Of a DNA stretch of 64,000 bases, positions 14,001 through 29,000 are shown in pieces. The position numbers were made by a program, and so were the translations under genes. The stretch lies in contig CM069152.1 of NCBI GenBank assembly GCA_035221665.1, positions 23,622,001-23,686,000 on the forward strand, given 5' to 3'. The stretch is from Okamejei kenojei (Eukaryota). The notes under the pieces were generated by a model. The model saw nothing but the letters and a program-made list of their open reading frames with translations. It was not told the origin of the DNA and did not search any database. The stretch's first letter is position 1; each line of letters opens with the position of its first letter.

Positions 14001-17000
14001 TAGGTACTTCCAATGAGGCACAATTTCTTGGAGCTTTATATAATTCTGATGTTTCATTCATCACAGAATTGTGAAGTTGGTGAGATACCATATAATTTTG
14101 TTTGCAGCTAGGATTTCTTCCATAGCCTCACCACTTCCTTCAGGTATAGCAAAATCTTGTGCTTCCCAGGCAACATTAGGCCTTTTCTTTTTACTTTGTG
14201 GTGTGCTTTCAAAAGCCATATAGCCACCAGCAGGGTCTGCCTTTCTGCAGCCCTAAATCAATTGGGATATCATCCCATGAGACTTCTTCCAGCCCAAATC
14301 TGGGTCCGGAGTATCATATTCCAACTTGGCCCACAGCCATATTCATCATATTCAAACCCCTCAGGGATTTTTTTGGGATTCATCTGGGTACTCTGACCTT
14401 GTCTCATTATTGTTTGGAGAACTTTCTCCATATGTTCCATTTTTAGCCACATAGTTTTATTGTCTGGAGGTCTTTCAATATCAGAGTCATCAGAAACCAC
14501 GGGCCTCTCAGATTTCTTTTTGCATTTTTTAGGAACATTTTCCTCCATGGTTCATTATTTCTGGAGAATCTAGAAACTCACTATCGGGTACATCAGCGGC
14601 CACGGTATCGGAACCGGGTCCGCACTAACTTCGCGTCCCGTATTTTTACTTTCACCCCGGGAACACCTTTTTACCCGCGAAAACTTCTTTCCCGATTTCT
14701 CCATTTTTCTTTATAATCAGTGCTCAATCAGCACGTTAATGTGGCTCTAAATTTTCCTTTTGGTTTCGTTTTGCTGGAGCCACCCAGCGTAAAACCTAAA
14801 AAAAGCCCCGGTGTAACTTCACTTACCTGCGGGCCGTTCCGAACCGCTGCCGAGGAGCTGCTCCTTACTGCAGCTCCTCCTCGCGCCGTCAGCGTTGACG
14901 TTCATGCCGTTGCCAGCGTGAGGCGGGTTCTTCACGTAGTCACCTCACGTGACTCCGAAGTTAATCGGAGCCTGCAGAGCAACATTTTTCACAGAGTGTG
15001 GTGGGTATATGGAATGATCCACCTGATGAGGTTGTTGAGGCAGGCAACTATAACATTTAAAATACATTTTGACAGGTATGTGGACCGGAAAAGTATAGAG
15101 GGATATGGACCAAATGTTGGCAAATAACCCAGAAGGGCAATTTTGCTCGGCAAGGACGTGTTGGCCCGAAGGACCTGTTTCCGTGCTGTATAATTCTCTG
15201 ACCTGTTCCCTATAGGAAGTAGTGTGAGAGCTGGCCGTAAACCCACAACATTGAAGGTGTCTATTGTCTGAGGCTGCTCACTAGGTCAGGCCGATCGGTG
15301 CCCTGCTGGAGGGGCAGAGTGGTGTTTGAGATACAGAAAGAGTGCAGAGGGGGTGTTGCGTGTTCTCTCCAACACTTCGGAGCAGGCAGGGCCTTCCACT
15401 GCACCCAATGACTCTGGTGTCTGCCACAGGTGGTCATGTTGGACGAGCCCACGTCTGGCATGGACCCGCTGTCTCGCAGAGCTACCTGGGACCTTCTGCA
15501 GCAGGTGAAGGTAGGCCGCACGATTGTTCTCACCACTCACTTCATGGACGAAGCTGACCTGCTGGGGGACCGCATCCTGATCATGGCCAAGGGGCAGCTG
15601 CAGTGCTGTGGATCTCCTCTCTTCCTCAAGGGCATCTATGGTGAGTAGAACTGTACCCGCCACAGTCCCTGACCATTGGGGAGCAGGGTGCTGCACGCAG
15701 ACTGCTCTTGTGTTTACTGCATTCACTCTTCCCCGCATTGATGTGGTGTCTGCAGGTGTCAGAGCCTTGGTGCCTGGCATTCCCACTCTAAACCTGCTCA
15801 ATGTAGACCAGGACTGACCACATCCAGACCATGCCCAGGGTGGGTCTGACCCACTGGACCCAGAGCCCAGGGTGGAGAGCAGCCGGTGGAAAGAGAGCTC
15901 CTGTCCTTTGAAATGTTGCCAGGGTGCAACTTCCCTATACAAGGTTATGAACCTTGATGTTAACCAAAGAGAATTTAAACTGCAGTCATTGAGGGCAGTG
16001 CCTCGCTGCAGTTTGACGTGTAAGTGTGCTGCTTGTTGTTGCAGGAGCTGGATACCACATGGTGATTGTCAAGGAGCCCTACTGCAACGTCGACACCATC
16101 ACCAGTCTCGTCAAGACCTTTGTACCCGGCGCTACCCAGCAGACCAACGTGGGTGCCGAGCTCTCCTACATCCTCCCAAATGAAAGCACTCACAGGTAGA
16201 GTGGGGCAGCGGTGATCTCCCACCCTCAGTGTCTGAGGGATTGCTCTGGTGTATGAGCAGGCAGTGCACTCTGCCTGCCCCTGCCACTGTAAGCGTGTGT
16301 GTGTTTGTATATGTATGAGTGCATGTCTGTATCTACGTAACTGAACAATGCCATGTGTATTATGGTCACATGCACTGAGCTACTGTGAAAAGCTTCACTT
16401 TGTTTGCTATCTAATCAATCAAATACAATCTTGTTGAACTCAGAGCAGAGCAAGGCAGCATATGTGGAGGGAAAAGACAGGCGACGATACAGCATGTATC
16501 TATAGTAGAGACACACGTATGTCAGTATGTGACCCTGTACGTGTGAAATGTGCATGCACATGTATCAATACCTACATGTGTTTGTTTATCGCTAAGTACA
16601 CGTATGATCGGTGTTATGTTGTCTGTGTGTGTGTGTGTGTGTGTGTCCATGTCCATGTCTGTCTTCAGGGGTCCATATTGTCACAGTAACAGCTGGATTA
16701 CAACTCAGACTGACCTGTCGACAAAAGGGCACCGGGTAATATGAGGCTCAAGCAGGAAAGTGATCGAGGAAGTTGATGCTGTGAGCAAGTTTTTTTCCAC
16801 AGAAGGTGGTGGGTGTATGGAGCACACTGTCAGGGGTGGTGGTGGAGGCAGATATGAGTGGAGTTTAAGAAGCTTTTAAATAGGCACATGGATATGTAGG
16901 GGAATGGAGTGATATTGATCACATGCAGGCAGAGATTAGTGTAACCTGGCATCATGTTGGTCACAAACATTGTGGGCTGAATGGCTTGGTCCTGTGCTGT

Positions 17001-20000
17001 ACTGCTGTCTGTTCTTTGAAGAGGTTCAGCCTGACCCTGGGGAATGGAGGGGGAAATGCTTAAACCTGCTCCCATCTCTCCCATTCTCACGGTTTGGATC
17101 AGCTCGCACATTTAAACCTTTCCCGTCCACAGGTTCGAAGCCCTCTTTTCCGAACTGGAGAAGAAACGGGGGTCTCTGGGGATCGCCAGTTACGGAGCCT
17201 CTGTCACTACCATGGAGGAGGTCTTCCTGAGGTGAGTGCAGCTCTATCTTTTTTTTGTTTTTTTTTCAAAAAATGTATTAAATTATTTAAAAATAATATT
17301 TACACTACAATAAAACAAGCCAGAACCCACCACCATAATACAATACAAACATATATCCATAATAAACTACAATACAACTATGTTACAATCCTTATTGAGG
17401 ATACATTCAACACCCTGCGGAGCCCAGCGGTCCCGGAACTCCCGCAGGGTGCCCGTGGACAGGGCGTATTCCCTTTCTAACCCAACCCGGGCACGGACGT
17501 AACCCCGGAAAAGGGGCAGGCAGCCAGCTCGGGTAGAGCCCTCCACCGCCTGCCGCCTTGACTCGCGGATGGCCAGCTTGGCCAGGCCCAGGAGCAAGCA
17601 GTTCTACCTGTTGCTGTGGGTCACTCGGGATCACCAGTGCGAGGTCTAAATCCCATGTAGCAAGTTACAGTGGGCAGACATTGATTGATTCAAAGATACA
17701 GCATGGAAACAGACCTTTCAGCCCACCGAGACCCCGCCGACCATCGATCACCCGTTCACGCTCGTTCTATGATATCCCACTTTCTCATCCTCTTCTTCCA
17801 CACTAGTGACAATTTACAGAGGCCAATTAACCACACGTCCTGCGCTGCACTGTTCTATGTCCTACCCCTGTAACTCATCCCCATGTCCTGGCTGCTTCCT
17901 CCCCGTAGCCCTCTCGCCAGACCACTGCGGGCTCCCGCCACAGTTTGACAGTTTTCCAGCTCTGCCGGTTCTTGCAAACTCTGTTGCCTGTCCCCACCCA
18001 GCGATGACTCAGCGCAGACTGTCTCCATTGCAGGGTGGGGAAGATGGTGGACTCCAGCATGGACATTCAGGCCATCCAGCTGCCGCCCCTGCAGTACCAG
18101 CACGAGCGCAGGATGAGCAACTGGTCAATCAAGGGCAGCGGCAGCCAAAATGAGCTGATGGGGAGCGCGGAAGGCAACGATCAATCACAGCCCATCAACG
18201 TGCCAACCGTCGTACCAAATATTGGGGTAAGTGCAGGTTGAGCCTGGCACGGGCAGCCAACTCTCACACACCAAATGCCTCCAAACACTTGCACCCTCTT
18301 CACGAGGCACCTGAGTGGACAAGCAGCTCTGGAGAGTACTCAGGGCATTGTCAGTGACTGCACGGTCCAAGAACAGTCTCCACCGCTGCCTGAGCTCGTG
18401 GCAAATGGAGGCCCTGAGATCTCTCAGGTGGATGAAACAAATATCCTGGCTACTAATTCAGTTAGAGCTGGGGAGTCCCGCCCTGACCTTGCACGGACCA
18501 TCCGCTCACGAACGGTCACAGTGCTGCTCGTGGGATCCTGCTGTGCACATTTCCTGCCTTTGCTGCTCTTCATTAGTTGCAAGGCAGTTTGGCGATTCAT
18601 TCCTTGTGCCCCATGAGAGAAATACGAGATGGTAAGAATGTACGTCCTGTACTTCTACAGTGAGTTAGTTGAAGTTTCTGGGGCCTGGATTGTTGGGAGC
18701 TCAATTAATGGGAAGCTGATATCACATTGTGTTTCTCTGTCTTTGTGATGAATTTGCCGTGCCTTGTATCCCTGTCGGTTGCAGATAACACTGTTCTTGC
18801 AGCAGTTCCGCGCTATGTTCATGAAGCGAGCTTCCTACAGCTGGCGGAACTGGAAGGTGATCTCAGCCCAGTTTATGATCCCGCTGATCTTTGCTGGCTG
18901 TGCACTGATCGTTGCCAAGACTTTTCCAGGACCCCATAACTCTCCGCAATTAAACCTGACTCTCAGAAAGTACGGACCCAGCATTGTCCCTTATTCAGTG
19001 GACAGCAACTCCAACCTGACCAAGCAGCTGGCCCAGATGTACGCAGGGCTGGTGCATGCACAGCTTGGGAAACCAAAGAACGTCAACGGTGAGTAAGACT
19101 TGACCGGCAGCCTGTCCCTAATGTTGCTCCTTCACTTCTTCAACAATCTGCTTGTCTAACGTGGGAATCTTGGACTCGTCATCTCCTTAGCGTTGAGGCT
19201 ACGTCAGCGCAATTGCACATGTGCAAGCTTGCAGTGAGAAACTCCAGTGACACCTCTGCTCCGATCCACTCACTGTAGCAACCTGGGCTCTGCAGCAGCA
19301 GTGGCAGTGTTGTGTGTGTATGTGTGTGTGTTAACCCTCCTCCCCTTGTCTCAGCCTTGGTCCTGTCCCCAAAAGTCTGGGTCCCGTCCCCTCTCTCACT
19401 GCCTTTCCAGATCACTGCAGGAGGGCAGGCCATCTCCTGTGGTCCTTGCAGGAAGAGTTGGGCTTCGTGGAGCGTTCTCCCCAGCACTTGGTACCCTGGA
19501 TGTGCCCAGACCGACTCCTGGCCCAACAGCAGTCAGGACTATGAGCTCCGTGAGGTCTCCTCCAGTAGGAATCCTCCGTGTGCTTCCTTCCGATGGCCAA
19601 TGTCACCAAGCCATGCAGTACAGAAGCAGCCCCTTCGGCTGACCCCGGACACACAATACAAAACCCTACGTTAATCCCATTTTACTCTCATTCCCCGCAT
19701 TCCCATCGACATCCCCAGAACCTTCATCGCGTCTGCACGAGAGAGAACGATTTCCAGTGGCTCTTTAGCTTCCAACCTGCACATCTTTGCGCAACAGAGA
19801 ACACGTGTAAACATCACACAGACAGCATGGGGTCAGGATTGAACCTGGATCGCAGGAGCAGTGAAGCAGTAGCTCACTGGCAGCAGCACAGAATCTGCCC
19901 CTTCCCTTCATCCCCCCCTCGCACTCCCCCCCCCCCCCCCCCCGTCCTCCTGCCAGAGTGTGATGGACATTCCCCAGGTAAGCTGGTGGAGATGTGCCAT

Positions 20001-23000
20001 GGTATTTATTGTGCAAGTTCTATCAATGGTTGACTTCCTTTCTCCTAGGTGATCTTATACAATATTTGTTGATTGCTGCTAAGAAGAAGGGGATTGCTCT
20101 GAATGCGGACAGTTTGGTCGGTGCAAGTTTCGAAAAGGTCAAAACAGGCATCAAGATCCAGGTCTTGTTCAACAACCTAGGCTTCCACACTCCCGCCACC
20201 TCCCTGATGCTGGTGGACAACGCCTTGTTCAAGCTACTGGTGGGGCCAAACGCTTCAATCAGCACGACCAACTACCCCCAGCCCCGCAACATCACCGAGG
20301 AAGCTCTGGACCAGCTCAATGAGTGCGTACTCACCCTCGTCTTGTTCATTATTGTCACAGTAACATGGATGTAGGTGCATTGTGTAGTGAAGTATGCACA
20401 CTTATGAGCCTGTCCCACTTACGGGACCTTTTCGGTGACTGCCGGCACCCATCATAGGTCGCCGAAAATTTTCAACATGTTGAAAATTCAGCAGTGACCA
20501 GAAAGACGCTACGACTCTTTGGACGACTGAGTAGACGATTCACGACCATACAGGCGACACCCTGGCGACATGTCGCGGGGTGAAGCTTGTATGGTCGTGA
20601 GTAGTCGCCCAAAGAGTCATACCTTGTTCTGGTCGCTGCTGGATTTTCAACGTTAACATTTTCAGAGACTTGACAGGTGCCGGCAAGTCGCCGAAAAAAT
20701 CGCGTAAGTGGGACAGGCCCATTACACTAACCTCTCCCCTGCTATACGCTGGATTCCCTTTTAGTTTTTACAGCATGGAAACAGGCCTGTCGGCCCACGT
20801 AGTCCACACCAACCATCGATCACCCATTCACACTAGTTCTACTTTATCCTACTTTCCCATCCATTACCCACACACCAGGGGCTATTTACAGAGGGCCAAT
20901 TAACCGACAAACCCGCATATCTTTGGGATGTGGGAGAAAACTGGAGCACCCGGAGGAAACCCATGTGATCACAGGGAGAACGTACAAACTCAACACCGAC
21001 CACTTTCCTTCCTTCATATCCACAAATGTACCAGCCAACGTCTCGAATACACTCAACAACTGAACGCCACATTCTGCTTGAGCCTTCCACAGATACACCA
21101 GCCTCTGCACGAAGGAGCTTGTTTTAGTGTCGGCAAGGTGGAATGCAGGAGAATGAGGGGTGATCTTATAGAGGTGTATAAAATCATGAGGGGAATAGAT
21201 CGGATGAATGTACTTTTACACACGGTGAGGGAATCAATAACAAGAGGGCATAGATTTAAGGTGAGGGGGGAGAAAGATCTAATAGGAACCCGAGGGGCAA
21301 TATTTTCACACTAGGTGATGGATATTTGGAATGAGCGGCCAGAGGTGGTTGAGGCAGGTACTATAATCGCATTTAAAATACACTTGGACAGGTGTATGGA
21401 TAGGAAAGGTTTAGAGGGATATAGGCGAAATGTGGCCAAATGGTCAGCATGGACAAGTTGGGCCAAGGGGCCTGTTTCTATGCCTTATGACTCTATGAAT
21501 GTCGGTTTTGACCGACCGCCCTTATTGTAGATGGAGTTGGGGAAGGGGATTTCTGTCAGTCTTGGTGCTGGGGCGCCGGTCATTTGTTCCCGAACTAACC
21601 CATTGCCCTTTGGCCTGCAGGAACCGAACTGGCTTTGCTCTCTCATTCAATCTGATGTACGGCATGGCGTTCCTGTCCAGCACCTTTGCCCTGTTGCTGG
21701 TGGCAGAGAGAGCCCTGAAGTCCAAGCAAATGCAGCTGGTGACCGGATTGCACATCGCCAGCTACTGGCTGTCGGCACTCCTCTGGGATCTCATCAACTA
21801 CCTCATCCCCTGCCTCGTAATCCTGGTGAGCAGCTAATTCCTGAGAGCACAAGAACTTCCACATTTACAAAGAAACCATTTCCATCCCACTGGAGACGAG
21901 TCTCCCTCTCTAGCTGGGGTTGGGATGAGGATTACATAGAACAGTGCAGCACGGGGACAGGCCCTTTGGCCCACAATGTGCCGAACATGATGCCAAGACA
22001 TTTCCTATCTGCCTGCACATAATCCATTTCCTTCCATTCCCTATACATCCATGTGCTATCCAAAAGCCACTTAAATGCCACTATTGTATCTGCCTCTGTC
22101 ACCACCCCCAGTAGTTAATTCCAGACACCCACCATGCTCTGTGTAAAAAGTTGCCCCGCACATCTCTTTTAAACTTTGTCTCTCACCTTAAAGCTAAAAT
22201 CTTTGATATTTCCACCCGGGAATTAGATTCTGTCTGTCTACCATTTTTATGCCTCTCATCATTTTATATTTTATTATGAGGAGTACAGTCACTCTTCACT
22301 TAATCTGGGGTAGATTGTGTAAAGGAAGCACCCAGTGACCCTCTCACCCATTGCTGCACGCTGCCACATTCAGCGGCAACTCTCCCTCCCTCTAACCCAC
22401 AAGCCTGTTCCCAATCCATGTTAAGGCTAACTGATTGGGTCTGGAGAGGGGGATTTAATGCCGTGCACAGTTTTGCAGGGAGGTATGGAGACAGGAAAAG
22501 ACAAAGCATCAGAAATTAAATGTAGAAATGTAGGAACTGCAGAAAGAAGGCAAAATACTGGAGTAACTCAGCAGGTCAGACTGCATCTCTGGGGAACACG
22601 GACAGGCGATGTTTTGGGTGGGGACCTTTCTTCAGACTGATTGTAATGGACGGGCTGGGGGGAGGATAATTAAATGCTCCTTAAAACCCAATAATTTGAC
22701 CAAATGTTTAGTTGTTCTGCTCAAGACTTTATCACCTCTGGAGACACAAGGAACTGCAGATGCTGGAACCTTGAGCAAGACTGGAGGAACTCAGCCGGTC
22801 AGGCAGCATCTGGGGACAGAATTGATGGGCAGTGTTTGGGGTCGAACCCTTCTTCAGAGTCCAGTTTCTGCATGCTATTTTGGGACTGGAAGGTCCCCCC
22901 CGAACTACAGTGGGTGGTTGTGTATGTGACCTCTGCAGTGCCTGAGCTTTGATAGGGGCAGGGGGTGTGGATGCACAGGTGGGGGATCAGGAGTGTCGAG

Positions 23001-26000
23001 CTGGGTTTGGTTGACTTGCTTGTGGTTTGTTACAGTTGATGTTTCAGCTTGCCAACCTGCAGCCGTTCACCTTTGAAGAAAAGCTGGGAGATGTGCTGGT
23101 GCTGCTGTTTCTGTACGGCTGGTCCATCATCCCCCTCATGTACCTGAGCCATTACCTCTTCACCATCACCGCCACCGCCTACACTCGCCTTATCATCAGC
23201 AACATCCTGTCCGGAACCTCCACCTTCGTAGCTGCTACCATCATGAGCATTCCAGGTAGGTGAAAGAGAATGACAGGGGGAGGGCAGGGCGCAGCTCCAT
23301 GCAGGGGCTCCCCTACTCCATGCTGGGGCTCTCCTACTCTGTGCTGCGGCTCCTCTGCCCCTCTGCTCCGTGCTATGGCTCCCGCTGCTCCTCTGCTCCA
23401 TGCTGGGGTTCCCGGTGCTCCTCTGCTCCGTGCTGGGGCTCCCGGTGCTCCACCACTCCATGTTGGTGCCTGTCCGCTGTGCCGGGGCCCCTAATACCCC
23501 TTCGCTCCGTGGTAGTCAGTGGTCACCTTGAGTATGTTGTCCCTACAGCCTCTGTGGGTCATGACCACAGGCTGCACGTGTACTTATTACAGCTCAGACC
23601 GCTCTTTGTTCTGGCCTCTTGTCACAGACCTTGGTTTGACAGACCTGTGGAATGTCATGGACTCCTTGTTCCTGGTTTTACCCAACTACTGCCTGGGGCA
23701 CGGCTTGAACGAGTTCTACCAGAACTACCTGCTGATCGGGGTCTGTACCACCAGCCCAGTGGCTGAATTTCTCTGTGCAGCGTTCAGTGAGTATGCTCTT
23801 CCTCCAGCGACCTTGTGCTTGAAATGCTTGATGAAGGGGAGCCTCGGTCTAGGTACTTCCCCTGACAGTCAATGCCACGGTACATCCCCCTACCACGATA
23901 CCGTCCCCACACCCTGGCCCAGCCCCTACCATGGTACATCGCCCTACCACGATGCAGCCCCCTACCCCGCTACCTCCCCCTACCACGGTACGTCCCCATA
24001 CCCCGGAACAGTCCTATACTGGGATACACTACGATACATCCACAGCCATGATTAATGATGCCATTCACAAATTAATGCCTCTATAAACCACTGGAGCTGA
24101 GCCTATGTTGTCCAAAGGTCCGTTGTTCACGAGAGAGCTGTCTTTGTGGCGTGGCTCACCACACTTCTGATTCTGTCAGTAGGCATGTGAGATTAATCCA
24201 CAAAGTTGTCTATTTTTCCCATCATGAGACTGATTCTGAGTGTTGATTTATTCTGTGGATGTAGGGGGCACAGGCACAGACTGCTGAGGGTCTGTGAGAA
24301 AGTGGTGGCGTGCCACCCTGCCTGTCGTCCCAAGTGTTGCTCCAGGATTTAGATGCTGTGACAATGAAGGAACAATGATACATTTCCAAGACAGGGCGAT
24401 GTGTGGCTGGGAGAGGTACCAGGATACCGCTGCCTCTGTGTGTTTGCTGCCCTGGTGTTTGTTGGTGACCGGGTTAAAATGCGCTATCACAGTAGCCTAA
24501 GTCATTGGACTAAGTAATTTAGAAGACATTTAGACAGAAACATAGAAAATAGATGCAGGAGTAGGCCATTCGGCCCTTCGAGCCTGCACCGCCATTCAAT
24601 ATGATCATGGCTGATCATCCAACTCAGTATCCCGTACCTCCCTTCTCTCCATACCTCCTGATCCCTTTAGCCACAAGGGCCTCATCTAACTCCCTCTTAA
24701 ATATAGCCAATGAACTGGCCTCAACTATCTTCTGTGGCAGAGAATTCCACAGATTCACCACTCTCTGTGTGAAAAATGTTTTTCTCATCTCAGTCCTAAA
24801 AGATTTCCCCCTTATCCTTAAACTGTGACCCCCTTCTCCTGGACTTCCCCAACATCGGGAACAATCTTCCTGCATCTAGCCTGTCCAACCCCTTAAGAAT
24901 TTTGTAAGTTTCTATAAGATCCCCCTCAATCTTCTAAATTCTAGCGAGTACAAGCCGAGTCTATCCAATCTTTCTTCATATGAAAGTCCTGACATCCCAG
25001 GAATCAGTCTGGTGAACCTTCTCTGTACTCCCTCTATGGCAAGAATGTATTTCCTCAGATTTGGAGACCAAAACTGTACGCAATACTCCAGGTGTGGTCT
25101 CACCAAGACGCTGTACAACTGCAGTAGAACCTCCCTGCTCCTATACTCAAATCCTTTTGCTATGAATGCTAACATACCATTCACTTTCTTCACTGTCTGC
25201 TGCACCAGCATGCCTACTTTCAATGACTGGTGTACCATGACACCCAGGTCTCGTTGCATCTCCCCTTTTCCTAATCGGCCACCATTCAGATAATAGTCTA
25301 CCTTCCTGTTTTTGTCACCAAAGTGGATAACCTCACATTTATCCACATTATACTGACTCTGCCATGCATTTGCCCACTCACCCATCCTATCCAAGTCACC
25401 TTGCAGCCTCCTAGCATCCTCCTCACAGCTAACACTGCCCCCCAGCTTCGTGTCATACGCAAACTTGGAGATGTTGCATTCAATTCCCTCGTCCAAATCA
25501 TTAATATATATTGTAAATAACTGCGGTCCCAGCACTGAGCCTTGCGGTACCCCACTAGTCACTGCCTGCCATTCTGAAAAGGACCCGTTTACTCCTACTC
25601 TTTGTTCCTGTTTGCCAGCCAGTTCTCTATCCACATCAATACTGAACCTCCAATACCGTGTGCTTTAAGTTTGTATACAAATCTCTTATGTGGGACCTTG
25701 TCGAAAGCCTTCTGAAAGTCCAGATATAACACTTCTGGTTTTCCCTTATCCACTCTACTAGTTATATCCTCGAAAAATTCTATAAGATTCATCAGACATG
25801 ATTTACCTTTCGTAAATCCATGCTGACTTTGTCCAATGATTTCACCACTTTCCAAATGTGCTGCTATCCCATCTTTAATAACTGACTCTAGCAGTTTCCT
25901 CACTACCGATGTAAGACTAACTGGTCTGTAATTCCCCGTTTTCTCTCTCCCTCCCTTTTTAAAAAGTGGGGTTACATTAGCTACCCTCCAATCCTCAGGA

Positions 26001-29000
26001 ACTACTCCAGAATCAAAAGAGTTTTGAAAAATTATCACTAAGGCATCCACTATTTCTGTGGCTACTTCCTTAAGTACTCTGGGATGCAGCCTATCTGGCC
26101 CTGGGGATTTATCGGCCTTTAATCCATTCAATTTATCTAACACCTCTTCCCGGCTAACCTGGATTTCACTCAGTTCCTCCCCTGCTATTTCCGGCAGATT
26201 ATTTATGTCTTCCTTAGTGAAGAAAGAACCAGTTATTCAATTGGTCTGCCATGTCCTTGTTCCCCATGATCAATTCACCTGTTTCTGACTGCAAGGGATC
26301 TACATTAGTTTTAACTAATCTTTTTCTCTTCACCTATCTTTAAAAACTTTTGCAGTCAGTTTTTATGTTCCCTGCCAGTTTTCTTTCATAATCTATTTTC
26401 CCTTTCCTAATTAAGCCTTTTGCCCTCCTCGGGCTTCTCTCCCTCCCATTTCAGGATATCTTGGACACGTTCAGACACATCCTAGACCCAGGCACCAGGG
26501 AGGCAAACTACCATCCGGGTCTCCTGACTGCGTCCACAGAATCGCCTATCTGACCCCCTAACTATAGAGTCCCCTATTACTACTGCCCTCCTCTTCTTTT
26601 CTTCACCCTTCTGAGCAACAGGGCCGGTCTCTGTGCCGGAGGCCCGGCCGCTGTTGCTACCCCCAGGTAGGCTGTCTCCCCCGACAGTACTCAAACAGGA
26701 GTACTTATTGCCAAGGTGTACAGCAACCGGGGTACTCTCTAGTCGCTGACTCTGCCCCTTGCCTCTCCTAACCGTGACCCACTTGTCTGCCTCCTGTGGT
26801 CTTGGAGTGGCCACCTCTCTCTAACTCCTCTCTATGACCTCCTTGCTCTCCCTGACCAGACGGAGGTCATCGAGCTGCTGCTCCAGGTTCCTAATACGGT
26901 CCCTTAGGAGCCCCATCTCGATGCACCTGGCGCAGATGTGCACGTCTGGTAGGCTATCACTCCCTGACCTCCCACATCTGACATCCAGAACAGTAAACTG
27001 CCCTGGCCCTCATACTCCCCCCTTACCCTGGCTACAATACAAAGTACAATACAATACAAGACAGGTACTTGGATAGGAAAGGTTTAGAGGAATATGGGCC
27101 AAGCGCAGGCAGGTGGGACTAGTGTAGATGGGGCATCTTGGTTGGCATGGGTGAGTTGGCCAAGGGGCCTGTTTAATGCTGTATAACGCTGGTGGGCAGA
27201 ATGAATGGTATGGACAGTGGGCCAGGAGCCACTCAGTAAACCACCTGGTCCTTCTGCTCTTGTGAATGTTGTTGGGTCTACACTCTCTCCACGGCAAATA
27301 GTTTGGGTAAAGAGACCAAACCTGCACGCGGCCTCATATAACTGCAGGGAGACCCCTACACTCAAACCTTTCAGAGTAAACATCCACAGGCCATGTCCCT
27401 ACCTGGATGCTTGCCGCACCTACACGCCAGCACTCAATGACTTCTGAAAAAAGGCATCAACTTTCCCAGTCTGTCACTATTTAAATAGTACTCTTTTCTG
27501 TTTTGTGCTGGATAACTTCACATTTAAGGACATAATAACACAGGAACAGGCCCTTCAGCACACAATGTCCATATGGAACAAGATGGCAAGTTTAACAAAT
27601 CTCCATGATCCATATCCATCCATTCCCTGCACATCTATGTGCCTATCTAATAGCCTCTTAACCCCTAGCAGCTTGTTCCAGACACTCGCCACTCTCGGTG
27701 TAAAAACATTTGTTTTTCACATCTCCTTTAAACTTTGCCCTTCTCACCTTAAGGTTATGCCTTCTAGTCTTTCACATTCCTACCTGGGAAAAAAGGTTTT
27801 GAATGTTTACCCTATCTATACATCTCATAATTGTACGTATTATGTTATAATTGTACGTCAGGTCTCTCTTCAGCCTCTTTCCAGGATGCAGCTATGGGTA
27901 GGGCAGAATCAGTAGATGTAGTGTACTTGGATTTTCAGAAAATGTTTGATTGTTGCGTGTAAAAGGTTTGTTTGCAAAACTAAGATTTGTGAGGCCAATG
28001 TAATTAACAGGAAACAGAGTAGATATGAATGTGGACACAAAGAACTGTAGATGCTGGTTTACCAAAAAGGCACTGTGCTGGTGTAATTCAGGGGGGCAGG
28101 CAGCATTGCTAGAGAACATGGATAGGTGACGTTTTGGGTCAGGACTTGAAGAAGGGTTTATGACCAGAAATGTCACCTATCCAATTTCTCCAAAGATGCT
28201 GACTGTTCCGCTGAGTTACTCCAGTATTTTATGCCTACCTTTGCCAATTTTTAGCAAGGTGCTGCTGTGGTCAGTGCTTGGATCTGGGCCTTCCATGCTG
28301 CATCAGTGTTGCCATTCAGTGATTCCATAGGACAACATGAGGCGCAGAGCGAATAGGTTTAAATGTCACTGAGTAATAGTGGAAAATATCCACCAGTGAT
28401 GACCTTGAGCAATGGGGATGTCCAACTTGATTACGGTTTCCCTATAGAAGCTTGCGACAAGACAGATAAAAACAGATGCTGGAAAGCTCAGCAGATTGGC
28501 AAGTATCACCATAGAAAGAAACCAAGTTAACGTTTCACGTCGGTCACCTTTCACTGCAGCAGAACCTTTATTGGCAGGCCACTGACCTGGACTGTGAATG
28601 TGAACTGTGTCTCTCTTCAGAGATGCTGCCTGTGTGCTGTCTTCAGCGTTCCCTGCTTGGTGTAACTTAGCATTAAAGGTACAAGATCAACTTCCACACC
28701 ATCTGCCCACCTAACTACCTCCATCCTCCTGTCCACCCCATCCCTCCATCAACACCTCTCCATCTATCCCTCCCCCTACATTCCTATCGACCCCCATCCT
28801 CATCTTTCATTCAAACCCATCACCACCTCTCCGACCATCCTTCACCACTCTCCTCCACCGTCCTCTCTTTACCCCCTCCCCACACGTTTCGGAAAGCGGG
28901 TCGAGTATAGAGGTATTAGAATGAGATTAGATGTTTGATGAGTGAAAGCTGTTGTGGGGCTGCTGTGACTAACACCTTGTACGTCATTCACCATTCACAG

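Larger units (their letters stand above)
10026..14961 (-). mobile_element. DIRS1-like tyrosine-recombinase retrotransposon, near full length, frameshifted
   Basis: ITR 10093-10127 vs 14904-14938. ICR 10247-10356 is complementary to both termini. Minus-strand fragments of gag-like ORF, RT (YLDD), RNase H (TDAS..GWG), MT-like (AFPPF...PNWPTQPWF) and YR (HSTR, AGWS..TFSKFY). Confidence 0.93.
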
